From NCBI RefSeq assembly GCF_006345805.1, contig NC_043002.1:81530001-81594000 (forward strand): a stretch of 64,000 bases of DNA, in the 5' to 3' direction. The notes under the pieces were generated by a model. The model ran no database searches. It was given only the letters and a program-made list of their open reading frames with translations, and was not told where the DNA came from. Shown here piece by piece: positions 51,960 to 64,000 of the stretch (positions within the stretch are counted from its first letter, which is position 1; each line of letters starts with the position of its first letter). A program made the position numbers and the translations under genes. This stretch comes from Octopus sinensis (Eukaryota).

Positions 51960-53010
51960 AGCATATACATGTGTGTCTGTCGAGGAGCATAGCGGAGAGC
52001 ATCCAGCACATAGCTAGCTCCATCCACCAAAGTATCAAAGTAACTATAGATTACCCCAATAGAAACCCTAACAATAGACTCCCTGTCCTTCATACAGAAC
52101 TTTGTTTAGAAACTGGGGACAACAGAGTGCGGCTCCTCCACTCCTATTACATAAAACCCATAGCTTCTAAATATGTCGTTCACAAGAACTCAGCCTTGTC
52201 ACACATGTAAATCAACATACTGATAGCAGACTCAGGATAATGAACACCATGTCCCCACCATGCAAACCCTTCGAAACAAAGAAACATGTACAGAACTTCA
52301 GGTACCGCATGCAATTCTCTGGATATGACCAGAAAGATAGGGTTTGGGAATGCAGGGGGGCTAGAAAGAAGTTAGATAGCAATACATGTAATGAAACCAA
52401 TGATACCTGCCCTAGATATAGAAGTAAAGACTGAAATAGGATACAAAAGGTTTGTGACAAAGCAAACAGGGTAAACACGTGATACAAGACCGAGAAATAT
52501 CAAGGAGTGATGTTTGTAGAGGCCACAGCCCATGGAGAACTAGCGCGAAGATTTAGGAAAGCTCTGACGGAGGCCAAACTCAACATTGATATCTTTTAAA
52601 AGCCAGGGAGCTTCATCATATCACAACTATGTAGGACGTAACCCCTTTGAGAATACCACATGCACCAGTAACAACTGCATGGTATGTAAGATTAACCTTG
52701 GCATTAACTGTACAACTAAAAATGTAGTCTACAGCATAAGGTGCATAGAGGGTGCTGGTAAAGACAAGAACATGATATACATAGATGAGACATCTAGAAG
52801 CATTGCGGAAAGACTAAAAGACATTTGAGACAATATGACGACAAAAACGGTCCTCCAACATGCCAAAAACCAACATGGCGACACACTGGGTCAGCTTGAC
52901 ATCCACATTTTATCCAAGCACCCGCAGGACCCAACACTCAGACAAATACAGGAATAAGTCCTCATAAATGAAACATCCCCACTACTAAATAAAAAATATA
53001 CGTAGAAGGT
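51960..53010 (+). pseudogene. Degenerate Penelope-like element: RT C-terminus/thumb + Cys-rich linker + GIY-YIG endonuclease
   Basis: VTIDYPNRNPNNRLPVLHTEL, YYIKPIASKYVVHKNSALS, CTSNNCMVC...NVVYSIRC...IYIDETSRSIAERL, HAKNQH, DPTLRQIQE; several stops and frameshifts. Confidence 0.8.
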
Positions 53011-53425
53011 AGTCATACCTTAATACCCACAGTTTATATATACACAGGTAGAGTTGTTAGTAGGCTGTTATGTGGACGTGTGTGTGTGTCTGTGTGTGTA
53101 GGTGAATGGATATGTAAGCAAACAGATAGATAAATAGACAGATAGGTACATAGGTAATACAGACATACAAGCACACACACACATATACACAAACATACAC
53201 AAATTAAGACTGAAACACATGACCGTATAAACACATACGCACTTCACGCACACACACACATACAAACACAAAAACATGAACATACAAACACATGGATATG
53301 TAGAACACATAATACATACAAACGTACACACACACATCCATATATGTGTGCGTGCGTGTGAGTGTGTGTGTGTGTGTGTGCGCGTGCGTGGGTGTGGGTG
53401 TGTTTGTGTGTGTGGGTGTGTGTTT

Positions 53426-53500
<75 letters not shown>

Positions 53501-53502
<2 letters not shown>

Positions 53503-53717
53503 CGGAGGTGCTGAAATGTTCCTGACTTTTAGGGTATCGCGAAAGACCTACTTGGAAGTGAAACCTTCCGAGTTCCTTTAAAGAGCTTAGAAAAACTAAA
53601 GAACTGCTGCAATGCGTATGTGAACCCGAGAGGGGAATATGTTGAATAAAATCATACTTAACTAATCCTTCCGTATTTTCTTTTACCCAAAGCCGGGGAC
53701 TTTTTAGCACCCCCTCA
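53501..53717. mobile_element. mariner-derived MITE
   Basis: Imperfect TIRs (cgcggaggtgctgaaatgttcctgacttt / aaagccggggactttttagcaccccctca), TA on both sides. Confidence 0.65.
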
Positions 53718-54378
53718 TAGAGCTTCAATCATGGATAAATATTGCCTCATCTCACATGTGGTATTGGTTGATAAAATTAATAGAGTAGCAACCAAAATGT
53801 TTCGCTGTATATATTATATACGTTCGCTTGTATTATGATTCAGAACCGAGTTAACTTCTCTTTTCTCTTTCCGGGAAGACGATAAAGTATGTATCAATCT
53901 ACAAATATGGAGATCGATCAAATCGATTACATAAAACTCAGGTCGATGTTCTCCAACATATGCTGAATCCAGTGAGTGGAACAAGTAAAAATAAATGAAT
54001 AAATGAGTAAAAAGCATTCTGCTTGCATTAATATTTCCTGTGACAAGTCCAACACATACTCACAAAATATTTTTCTATTTTTACGCTCTCCCTCTCTCTC
54101 TCTCTCTCTTTCTCCCTATCTCTTCCTCTCTCTCACACCCACACATACGTTCATTTGTCGAGTCTTTCAGAAATAACACTGGAGTAGACATTCCATGTAA
54201 AGAGATCATGAGGAATGTTGTTGTGTTGGGTATTCTCTTCAGAAACAAGACAACATCATATCCATGCTCGGAAATATGATACAGTTTAACAAGCTTCCCA
54301 GCCGACATATAAGTTAAACAGACCGCCAACACACAATCACACAGACAGCCGTCATACGTAGCACAGACCGCCGATATA

Positions 54379-55530
54379 TTGGGTCATCCCATAAATAATG
54401 CGTCTTTTTTTTATACCTCTTTTATTTTTCAAAATTAAAATAAACAGAGTACTTTTTTAATCGAAAATATACTCTCGTTCATTTTCTACAATGCTCTTCC
54501 ATCTATCTGGTAAACTTGCAAGGCCCTACTTCCAAAGTTCCCTTGTCCGTGGCGAAAAATACTCCTCCAGTACTGTTCTGACCTCGCCTACACAACTCAT
54601 ATTTTTCCCGTCCAAATGATTTTGAAGACTGCGGAATAAATGATAATCAGATGGGGCAATGTCAGGCGAATATGGTGGGTGGAGCATCGTTTCCCATTCA
54701 AACTGCTCCAGCCTTTGGAATGTCATCCTCACTGCATGTTGCCCAGCATTATCCTGATATAAGAACATCTTTCGTCTTGAAACCAAAGATGGTCGTTTTT
54801 TGTCTTCTAGCGCTGACTTAAGCCGCTCAAGCTGCTCGCAGTAGATCTCCTTTGTTATCGTTTGGTTTCAGTTCAAAAGTTCAAAGTGAACTAAATCTTT
54901 CATATCCCACCAAACAGATAACAACACCTTACGTGGGTGAATACTTTCTTTAGCCTGGGGTGCTGGTGTTTCTCCTTTCCCTACCCACTGTCTTCGGCGC
55001 TTAACATTTTTATAGAAAACCCATTTCTTGTTACCAGTCACTATTCGATCCAAAAAAGTTTCATTCGTGAGACGTGACAGCAAAGAGCACACATTCACTC
55101 TCTGCACACGATAAAACTCGGAGAGTTTGTGAGGAATCCATTGAGTCAACTTGCTGACTTTTCCGATGGCACGCAGGTATCGATGAATGGTTGAATGATC
55201 AAACCCAAGCTTCTCTGCTAGTTCCTCAACAGTTACGATGGGATTTCGTTCTACCAGGGTTTACAGGACATCCTCATTGTGTTCTACAGATCTTCTCAGA
55301 TGAGCTGATCTTTTAGGCTGTAGTTTCTGGCTTGGAATTTCTGGAACCACTGTTGACACTAACTCACACTTATTGTCCCATCCCCATATACTGCATTAAT
55401 ATTCCTTGCACTTTCCTTTGCGTTGTTGCCTTTATTGAACTCATAAAGCAAAATATGTCGAATGTGCTCCTTTGTCACTTCCTTTATAGCTTTGAAAAAA
55501 TAACTGTTAAAATCGAACTGCACACTTCAA
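54379..55530 (-). mobile_element. Degenerate mariner transposon
   Basis: EVTKEHIRHILLYEFNKG..., WIPHKLSE, DRIVTGNKKW, QDNAGQH, HPPYSPDIAPSDYHLFRSL; one TIR visible (ttgggtcatcccataaataatgcg after TA at 54377-54378). Confidence 0.85.
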
Positions 55531-55699
55531 AACTAGCACTAAGAATAAGTACAAGGTAAAATTACTACCTGATTTTATAGCAAGTTGATGCAGGTAGTTT
55601 ATCTCGACCCACTCCGACTTTTATTTAATGCAACTGAAAAAACCGCTTTATTTACGAGATGGCCCAATGCATATCACAGATAGCTAATATACACAAGGT

Positions 55700-55915
55700 A
55701 GACAGCCAATATACAATGACACAGACAGCCAACACACAATCACACAGGCAGCCGACGTACATGATATAAACTTACGACATACAATATTACAGACAGCGAC
55801 ATACATAACACAGACAGCTGACATGCATAACACAGACAGTCGATATACATTGACACAGACAGCCGACATACTGTCACGCAAACAGCCGACATACAATCTC
55901 ACAAACAACTGATAT
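55700..55915 (+). repeat. Degenerate ~20-22 bp minisatellite (cacagacagccgacatacaat)
   Basis: About 9 diverged units; further units at 54297-54376 on the other side of the mariner. Confidence 0.75.
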
Positions 55916-57651
55916 AGACTCTCTCTAATTTATGGAAGATAAGCAGCAAAGTTGACTTATGTAGCGGCATTATCATTTACAAATACCCTCTACAGGAATT
56001 GTAGCACATGATAATATACTTAGACTTTTACTTAGAGGCAAAGAACACCATCTTTAATGAAACAAACAGCAAATATGAATTTGGTTCATATATGAATGGT
56101 GTGGCATTATTCCCAGTATATTTTGCACGAATTTCAATAGAATGCAGTGGGAGTCTATTATTTCACATCGTCATTCATTCTTGTGTAATCCGTCTAATGT
56201 TATACAAAGTACGTCTACGCGTCAAGGAAAGATTGTTTCTTTCCGTACATATGATCCGGATTTCCCTCATCAATATTTTGTTACTTTTTAAGTACCTGCA
56301 ATACATTTAAATTGATTTTGACATAGTACTTACTGACCTGGACCTCTATCAACTGACGTCTTTCATATAATGCCTGTCCCTTCAAGCCGACGATATTTGC
56401 TCTTGTCAACTTGAAGGCTGACTTACGTGTGACGTGTACATTCTGCCAACAAAGACTGGGATTCAGAAACTGGAAAATGCTATTGACTCAGTCTCGCATT
56501 CACGTTGCCTTCTTAGAGGTTAAAATGAGATTGATCTTTTCTAACCCACTGTCAGCCTTTGTACAACTATTTTCTGTAGAGGGTAAGTATTTTCCTTGTG
56601 TCATTTCTCGATAATTTCTTTGTTAGATTTCAACAAAATGAGATTTCTTCACGATGTCTTTATGTCTCCTTTTTAGCTGCTATATATTGCTAAACCATTT
56701 CCCCTATGTGCGTCAATTTTTCTTCACCACATCTACGAAAGAAAGCCGCATTGCTCTCATCGCAATGCTTCATTTCGAATTCTAACTAATAGTGATTTCC
56801 GTGCACCAAAGCCTTTTACTCTTTTCTTGATTTCAATATTGAGTCATCGTCGTTGCCATTGTTTGAATTAATTTGGTCATTACTTAACAATATTATATTC
56901 TTTGATAAAGGTATAGCCTCGATTAATTAAAGTTATCATGCTGTCCACATTATGTATGTTAGCACTTTTCTAGGTATTACTCTTACTTCTATTGAAATAC
57001 TATTGCTGCAACTGAAAATGTTCTCGATACGAGAATTAATGATGTTATCCGTACATAATGGGGTTTTTTTCCGTAGTTTACCCAGAAAGATAATCAAGCA
57101 AAAAAAAGTAGAAGAACACAGTTAACATCCCTTTCTTATTTCACTGAACGTGGACCTACGAACAAACTGAAATGAATAAACGGAATAATGCCTTATGTCT
57201 CCTGTCTGGCCCTAAGGCCGTATATCCCATATTCATTTCAGATTGTTCGTATGGCCATATTTAGTTTTGTTTGTTTTCATCTTTGGCCCTGTCCGTTCAC
57301 TAATCGCCTCGTCTTGAATTACATGCATTTCATATTTGTATGTTCACTTTCTGTATTGCACACTTGTTTATTTCTTGTTTGTTTGTGCATTTTCTGTCAT
57401 GTTTGGTCCATTATTCGTTGGCTCGCCATCTCTTGATGGCCTCTAACTGTCCGTGACACCAGAGGGTGGTCAATATTATCCTTCAAGGCGCGAAATGGCG
57501 TTTTACTGTCTGGTCGTTAACAGAGGAAGATTTGTTGACTTTCTATGTCTGTTTTCCGTTAGTTTGTGCATTCATTATATGTTTTTAACTTGTGTGTGTG
57601 TGTGTGTGCGTGTGTGTGTGTGTGCGTATGTGTGTGTGTGTGTGTGTGTGT

Positions 57652-57714
<63 letters not shown>

Positions 57715-57719
<5 letters not shown>

Positions 57720-57915
57720 AATGTGACCGCGTGTGTTTCGTTGGCAATTTCCTTTCTCCGTCTTCCATTCCTTGGACCTTTCCTTTTTCTATGTTTCCGA
57801 CGAAGAGCTCCGCTCGAAATGTTAAATCCTCCTTCTTTCTTTCCTTTCCTGAGCGTCCAATAACACTATACTTGTTCCACGACCTCGCGTTGTTGTGTTT
57901 TCTCTTTGTTCATGT
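57715..57915 (+). mobile_element. Short HHR-bearing repeat (family F2), second copy
   Basis: GTTT-CCGACGA-A-GAGC-tcc-GCTC-GAAATGTT-AAAT at 57793-57827; homologous to 3875-4080. Confidence 0.7.
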
Positions 57916-58204
57916 ATATATCACGTGATTGACCAGATTATTGGATGTCGTTATACGTCGCTGGTCACAATGTGCTTTGCATCATTTTAGCTTTCGAATA
58001 ATGCCACCCTGCTGGTTAGTCAAGCAGGTCATACATGCGCGCACTCGCACACACTCACACACTCACACACTCACACGCACGCACGCGCATATATTTATAT
58101 AATATTGTATTATTTATAAGGCGGGGTATTGATAGAGTCTTTATCACAAAATAAACACTAGTTGAGCACTGGGATCGATGTCTATTGTAGAAAATATTCT
58201 ATAT

Positions 58205-58529
58205 ACATACATAAATATATACATATATATAAATACATACGTACGTACATGCATACATACATACATACATGCACACATACATACATGCATACATACATAC
58301 ATACATACATACATACGTACATACATACATACACACATACATACATACGTACATATATACATACATACATACGTACATATATACATACATACATACATAC
58401 ATACATACATACATGCATACATACATACATACGTATGTACGTACATACATACATACATACATACATACATACAAAAATACATACATACATACATGCATGC
58501 ATACATACATACATACATACATACATACA

Positions 58530-58561
<32 letters not shown>

Positions 58562-58570
58562 CACACATGC
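58205..58570. repeat. (CATA)n microsatellite
   Basis: Direct reading. Confidence 0.95.
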
Positions 58571-58830
58571 ATATATACCAGAGTAAGCGCATAAATATGA
58601 AATTAGGTGGGACAATCGTACTCGAATACCGGAAGTTGAGTAATATGCTTTATTACTAAGGCTGCGAAAATATCACAAAAATATCACAAAAAACTGCTAC
58701 TCAGAGTTTCAAGTTCCTGTTCATCTTCACTCTGCATGTGGAGAGTCGCTTAAGCTTTCCTAAAAAAGGAGCAGGTTACACCAGAGTAAGCGCATAAATG
58801 TGAAACAAGGCGGGAAAAAATAGTACTCGA

Positions 58831-59269
58831 GGATCTTTTCGGTTTGAACGGCAGTTTTTTCTAGCGGTGTCATATGAAATTATCACCCATAATTATGACC
58901 CTAGTATCGATCTGTTGCATTTCTATCTGTTTTAGGGTTAGGGTTAGAGTTAGGTTTAGTTAGGGTTACGGTTAGGGGGGGGGTATCGTTTTTTCTTCAG
59001 AAATGTAAATAAACCCAATCTGTTTCTTAAACGAGGGACATATTCATACGGCACAGAATGTTTTCACCTCAATAGACGTAATTGATTGGTTGAAATTACA
59101 GAAATTGAAGAAAAATCAACAACAAATATCTTACAAACTATAGAATTTTCTCAATAGAGCCAAGAGATAAAGATGTTTTATAAACACATTCTACCAGTAT
59201 ACGAAGTTTAAATGTGTTTAGTTACGTGGAAATTATTTTTAAAAACTGCCGGTCAAACCGAAAAGATAC
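58831..59269. mobile_element. MITE with 29-bp TIRs, 8-bp TSD and internal TTAGGG-like repeats
   Basis: TIR ggatcttttcggtttgaacggcagttttt vs gtatcttttcggtttgaccggcagttttt (27/29); TSD gtactcga (58823-58830, 59270-59277); ttagggttagggttagagttaggtttagttagggttacggttaggg at 58932-58977. Confidence 0.85.
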
Positions 59270-59643
59270 GTACTCGAATACTGGAGGTAGAGCAGGCGGA
59301 AAGACAATACTCATAACCGTCAAAAGGGCATCCGAAACATGTAATAGGGAGGGATGAATGAGTCCTAAAACCGGAAAATTGGCCTCAATGCTTTCCTTGC
59401 AACAGTACACACTCTGTCACTAAAGCCACCCAAGTAATCAGGTGGTGATGTTAAGTCGGATGATGGATTATGGCTACCACCCAAGCAGACTTAGTGGTAT
59501 TTGAACTCAGAGTGCAAAGAGCCGGAATAAATACGGTAAAGCATTCTGTCCGATGCTCCAACAACTCTCCTCACTGACCGCCCACATGTGTGTGCGAGTG
59601 TGTGTGTGTGTTTGTATGTGCGTGTGTGTGTGTGTGGAAATGA

Positions 59644-59675
<32 letters not shown>

Positions 59676-60941
59676 TACATACATGCATACATACATACAA
59701 TTATGTATAAATATATATATACACATATACATACATGTATAAACATGTATGTATATATGTGTGTGTGTGAGTGTACATATATGTATATATATATATATAT
59801 ACAGGCTGAAAGACAGATAGACAAACAGACTGTCTGGCAGACAGACTGACAGACAGATAGATAGGATATGCATGCATTCATATATGTATCTATGTATGCA
59901 TGCATACATGCATGTATGTATGCATGCATGCATGTATGTATGTATGTATGTATGTATGTATGTATGTATGTATGTATGTATGTACGTATGTATGTATGCT
60001 GGTATGTATCAGAAGGCATTTGGTGCGACTCAGTACTGTGTTCAGCCATCATTCCCCGCAATACCATCGTCGCTCGTTCAATATTAACAGTATTAAGGAC
60101 AACAATAGTGGCAGATATAAAAGGAAAAAGTATGGCCGACACTTTGTAGCGGTTTAGGTTCAGAGCTTTTATGTATTGTTAAACGATTCGGCCGCATAGG
60201 TGTCGATGAATATTTGTAGCTATTTCCATTCATGGATTATTTTCCTTGTTTTTATACTTTTTGTTATGTTATTTTATTTCTATTCTTTCCTCCTATTGTC
60301 TAATGGTAGGACCGCTTAGGTCAATGAATAATCGCTGTAAGAGTGTTGGAGCATACTTTGAATGGCCATGCAACAGTTTACTGTCTGAAACTAACCAACA
60401 GTCTGAAGTTGAAAGCGAAGTGTTTGGCGAATGGAATGAGAATAAGGATAGGGAAGAAAAAAAACACAGAAACGGTGTTAGATTTATCGGATGGAAAATA
60501 AGAGAAGGCAGTGTATGAATATTTGTGTGTGCATGTATATATACGTGCATATATAGGTATATCTGAATGACTATATGTATGCGTATATACAAGTAAATTT
60601 AAATATATGGACAATACATAAGTCTGAGTACAGATATATGCTTCTATCTGTTTATCTATCTATATGTATATATATATACACACACACATACATGCTCATG
60701 TGTGTCTATATATATCTTCCAACACAGATCTACGCTTGTTTGAGCTTATAGATACGTATACAAATAAACATACGCATACATCTACACCTATATATAGAAC
60801 TAAATATATAGATGTATATATATATGTATATATTATATATATATATACAAAGAGATATGTATATACATACACTCACACACAACACACACATACACACTGA
60901 CACACACACATATATACACTCATATATGCATATATATATAT

Positions 60942-60974
<33 letters not shown>

Positions 60975-61948
60975 ATATATATATTATATATATATATATA
61001 TGCATATATGCATATATATGAGTGTATATATGTGTGTGTGAGTGTGTATGTGTGTGCTGTGTGTGAGTGTATGTATATACATACACTGTGTATGTATATA
61101 CATATGTATATACATATACATATATATATATATATATATACCTTTGTATGCTTATAAATATGTATGAATATGGATATGTGTGTGTGTATATGTACCAATA
61201 AATGTGTGTGAGAGAGAGAGGGAGTGTGTGTGTGCGCGTGTGTGTGTGTGTGTGTGTGTTGTGTGTGTGTCTGTCTGTCTGTCTCTGTGTGTGTGTGTGT
61301 GTGCGTGTGTGTATGTGTGTGTGTGTGTGCTATAATACAAAAATATGCATTGAATAAATTCCACTTGCATAAAGGTACGCATTTACACATGGATTTACAT
61401 TCCAATAATATATATCGGAATATTTCCATTTCAAGAGCCTCTAAAATGGCAAGATTCTACGCGTCTTTATATGCATATATACGTATACATATGCATATTT
61501 ATAATTGTATCTCTATCGGTAAACATGTTTTTATGCATGTATGAATGTGTATGAATGTGGAAATAAGAATTCTGTATAATACATGCACACACACACACAC
61601 ACACAAACACACTCAAACACACACACACACGTAGTCACACGCTTACACATATGCGCGCTCATACAAAGACGAAGAAGCAGACATACCACATTTTATGTAG
61701 ATATATGAGTGTGTATATGCGTGTATGCGTGCATATGTGTGCATGCGTGTATGTGTATAAATATGCCATATATATGTGTGTGTGTGCGAGAATGCGTACG
61801 TCTATGTACAGATACATACATATATATATATGTATATATATATATATTATATATATATATATATATATAGATATATATATATATTATATATATATGTATG
61901 TATGTATGTACGTATATATATATATATATGTACATCTATGTACATATA

Positions 61949-61991
<43 letters not shown>

Positions 61992-62289
61992 TATATAATA
62001 TAGATATATATATATACATGTGTGTGTATATACATGTATGTATATGCTGATACATATATTAATGAGCTGTTTTATCCTACTTGTCTGTACTTACGTATTT
62101 AATATGCATATGTGTGTGTGTGTGTGTATGAAAGAGAGAGAGAGGGGGAAGGGGAGGGAAGGAGGGAGAGAGGGGGAGGGAGAAAATGAGAGAGTGTGTG
62201 TGTGTGCGTTGGAAAAGTGTAAACTTGCATTATGTTTTTGTGCGTAACGTAAAATTGCATACGTTAATGCATGTGTGTGTGTATGTATA

Positions 62290-62349
<60 letters not shown>

Positions 62350-62680
62350 GTGTGTGCCTGTGTGTATATGTGTGTGTGCGTCGAACAGGAGGCAATGAAT
62401 AAAGTAGAGACATTCAAGGAGAAAGACAAGCAATGAGAAGTTGGAGTGCAAGGAAGGTATTGTATGATATACTTACAAGTGTCCATCTGTATGAAAGCCT
62501 CCCATAATGGCTTTGATATCAATGCTACCATAATGGCAGCTTTAATAAATAGAATATTATACACTGGAATGAAAGAATATTGGAATAATCTGGAATTCTT
62601 CTCGAAAAATATAGTATGGTCGCTTTCAATGTAAGATTACCCTAATTCTTTAGTTCTACTAATATCAACTGATAATGATG

Positions 62681-62757
<77 letters not shown>

Positions 62758-62792
62758 TGATGGTGGTGATGCTGCTGCTGATGATGATGATA

Positions 62793-62823
<31 letters not shown>

Positions 62824-63029
62824 TGACAATGATGGAAAATATATATAGAATGCAATCCTCTATACATTCATATATGCATACATAAATAGTACATATATAT
62901 ATATATATATTATATATATATATATATACGTACATACATATTGTATGCGTATATATGTATATGCATATATGCACACATACATGCATAATATGTACCCTTG
63001 TACGTATGTATGTATGTATGTATGTATGT

Positions 63030-63119
<90 letters not shown>

Positions 63120-63558
63120 GATAGATAAATCTTACTTGGAAATGGATGCGTGGCGTTCAATTATATAATAATATAAATAATATATATATGCATATATACA
63201 TACATATGTGTGCATACATACGTATATACATATGCATATATGAGCACAGGACGTCACAGAATGTAAACAATAATGAAATACGAAATACGAAAACATGGAA
63301 TACGAACTTTTTTGCGACAACGAAAGAAACAAATAGGAAACAATACAAGCAACTACCCTTCATCAGTTGTCGGTTGTTTTCTACTTTGTATTTCGAGCAA
63401 TTCACAAGATACGTTTTCGACAAAACAGTTGCTCCCGCAAAGCAAACTGAATAAAATTTGGGATTTTGCGGGGGCAGGGGTCAAAGCTGGTAACAAAAAC
63501 ATATGTATGTAAAGTATGTACATATAAGTATGTATATATGCATATATGTTATTTATAT

Positions 63559-63591
<33 letters not shown>

Positions 63592-63639
63592 ATTTATGTA
63601 AGCAATACATTGGTATATATACCTTAGGTGGGAGGCTAC

Positions 63640-64000
63640 TACAACAGTGACAAGAAGACTAGTCTTTCCTGGACCTGTGCTAGATGCATTACACCCCATC
63701 TCGAATAACATGCCTTCGCTATCCAGGAACAGGAGATATTTACTAAATACATGATAAACAAAAACAACAAATATACCACCAAACTTCCAAGCTGTGATAT
63801 AAAATGTCGGCTGATATCGTCCATATCAGTGTGAGAGACATCATCCATATCATCAACAGCTTCCCCAAAATGTCCACGAAATGCTACCTGCCCCTGGGGT
63901 GATACAGTTGCAAAGACTATTTACAATGCTATCCGTAGGAAGGACTGCCCTGACGTATACATCAAAGGCAAGTCAGAACCAGCAGGTATCCACACCTTTA
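63640..64000 (+). pseudogene. R4/Dong-like LINE remnant (post-RT region and CCHC motif), runs off the window end
   Basis: SWTCARCITPHLE*HAFAIQEQEIFTKY...CDIKCRL / RDIIHIINSFPKMS...DTVAKTIYNAI, with frameshifts. Confidence 0.7.

Noticed and set aside
58932-58977. True telomere or chromosome-fusion scar
   Set aside because: Short, degenerate and enclosed by TIRs and a TSD, so it is part of a MITE.

Overview
AT-rich eukaryotic genomic DNA dominated by microsatellites, with a 100-N gap at 34400-34499. The repeat landscape (tRNA-headed SINE families, (TA)n/(CATA)n/(GATA)n/(AAT)n arrays) looks like an octopus (cephalopod) genome; this is inferred from pattern recognition, not from a database search. 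I find no confident host protein-coding gene, and nearly all ORFs in the supplied track are microsatellite translations. The interpretable content is mobile DNA: many SINEs, Tx1/L1-, RTE- and R4/Dong-type LINE remnants, two Penelope-like (GIY-YIG) retroelement remnants, several Tc1/mariner transposons and MITEs with clear TIRs/TSDs. The most striking signal is a set of hammerhead-ribozyme (HHR) motifs from at least five short-repeat families. One lies in the 3' UTR of a Penelope-like element that also carries a tRNA-Thr-derived Pol III promoter head right after its GIY-YIG stop codon (5609-6122; a second, fold-back insertion of this family at 21436-21940). Another is a complete three-stem type I HHR (39826-39874). 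Also notable: SINE multimers inside a single TSD pair, a SINE whose 3' end matches a Tx1/L1 LINE 3' end in the same window, and a MITE carrying TTAGGG-like repeats.
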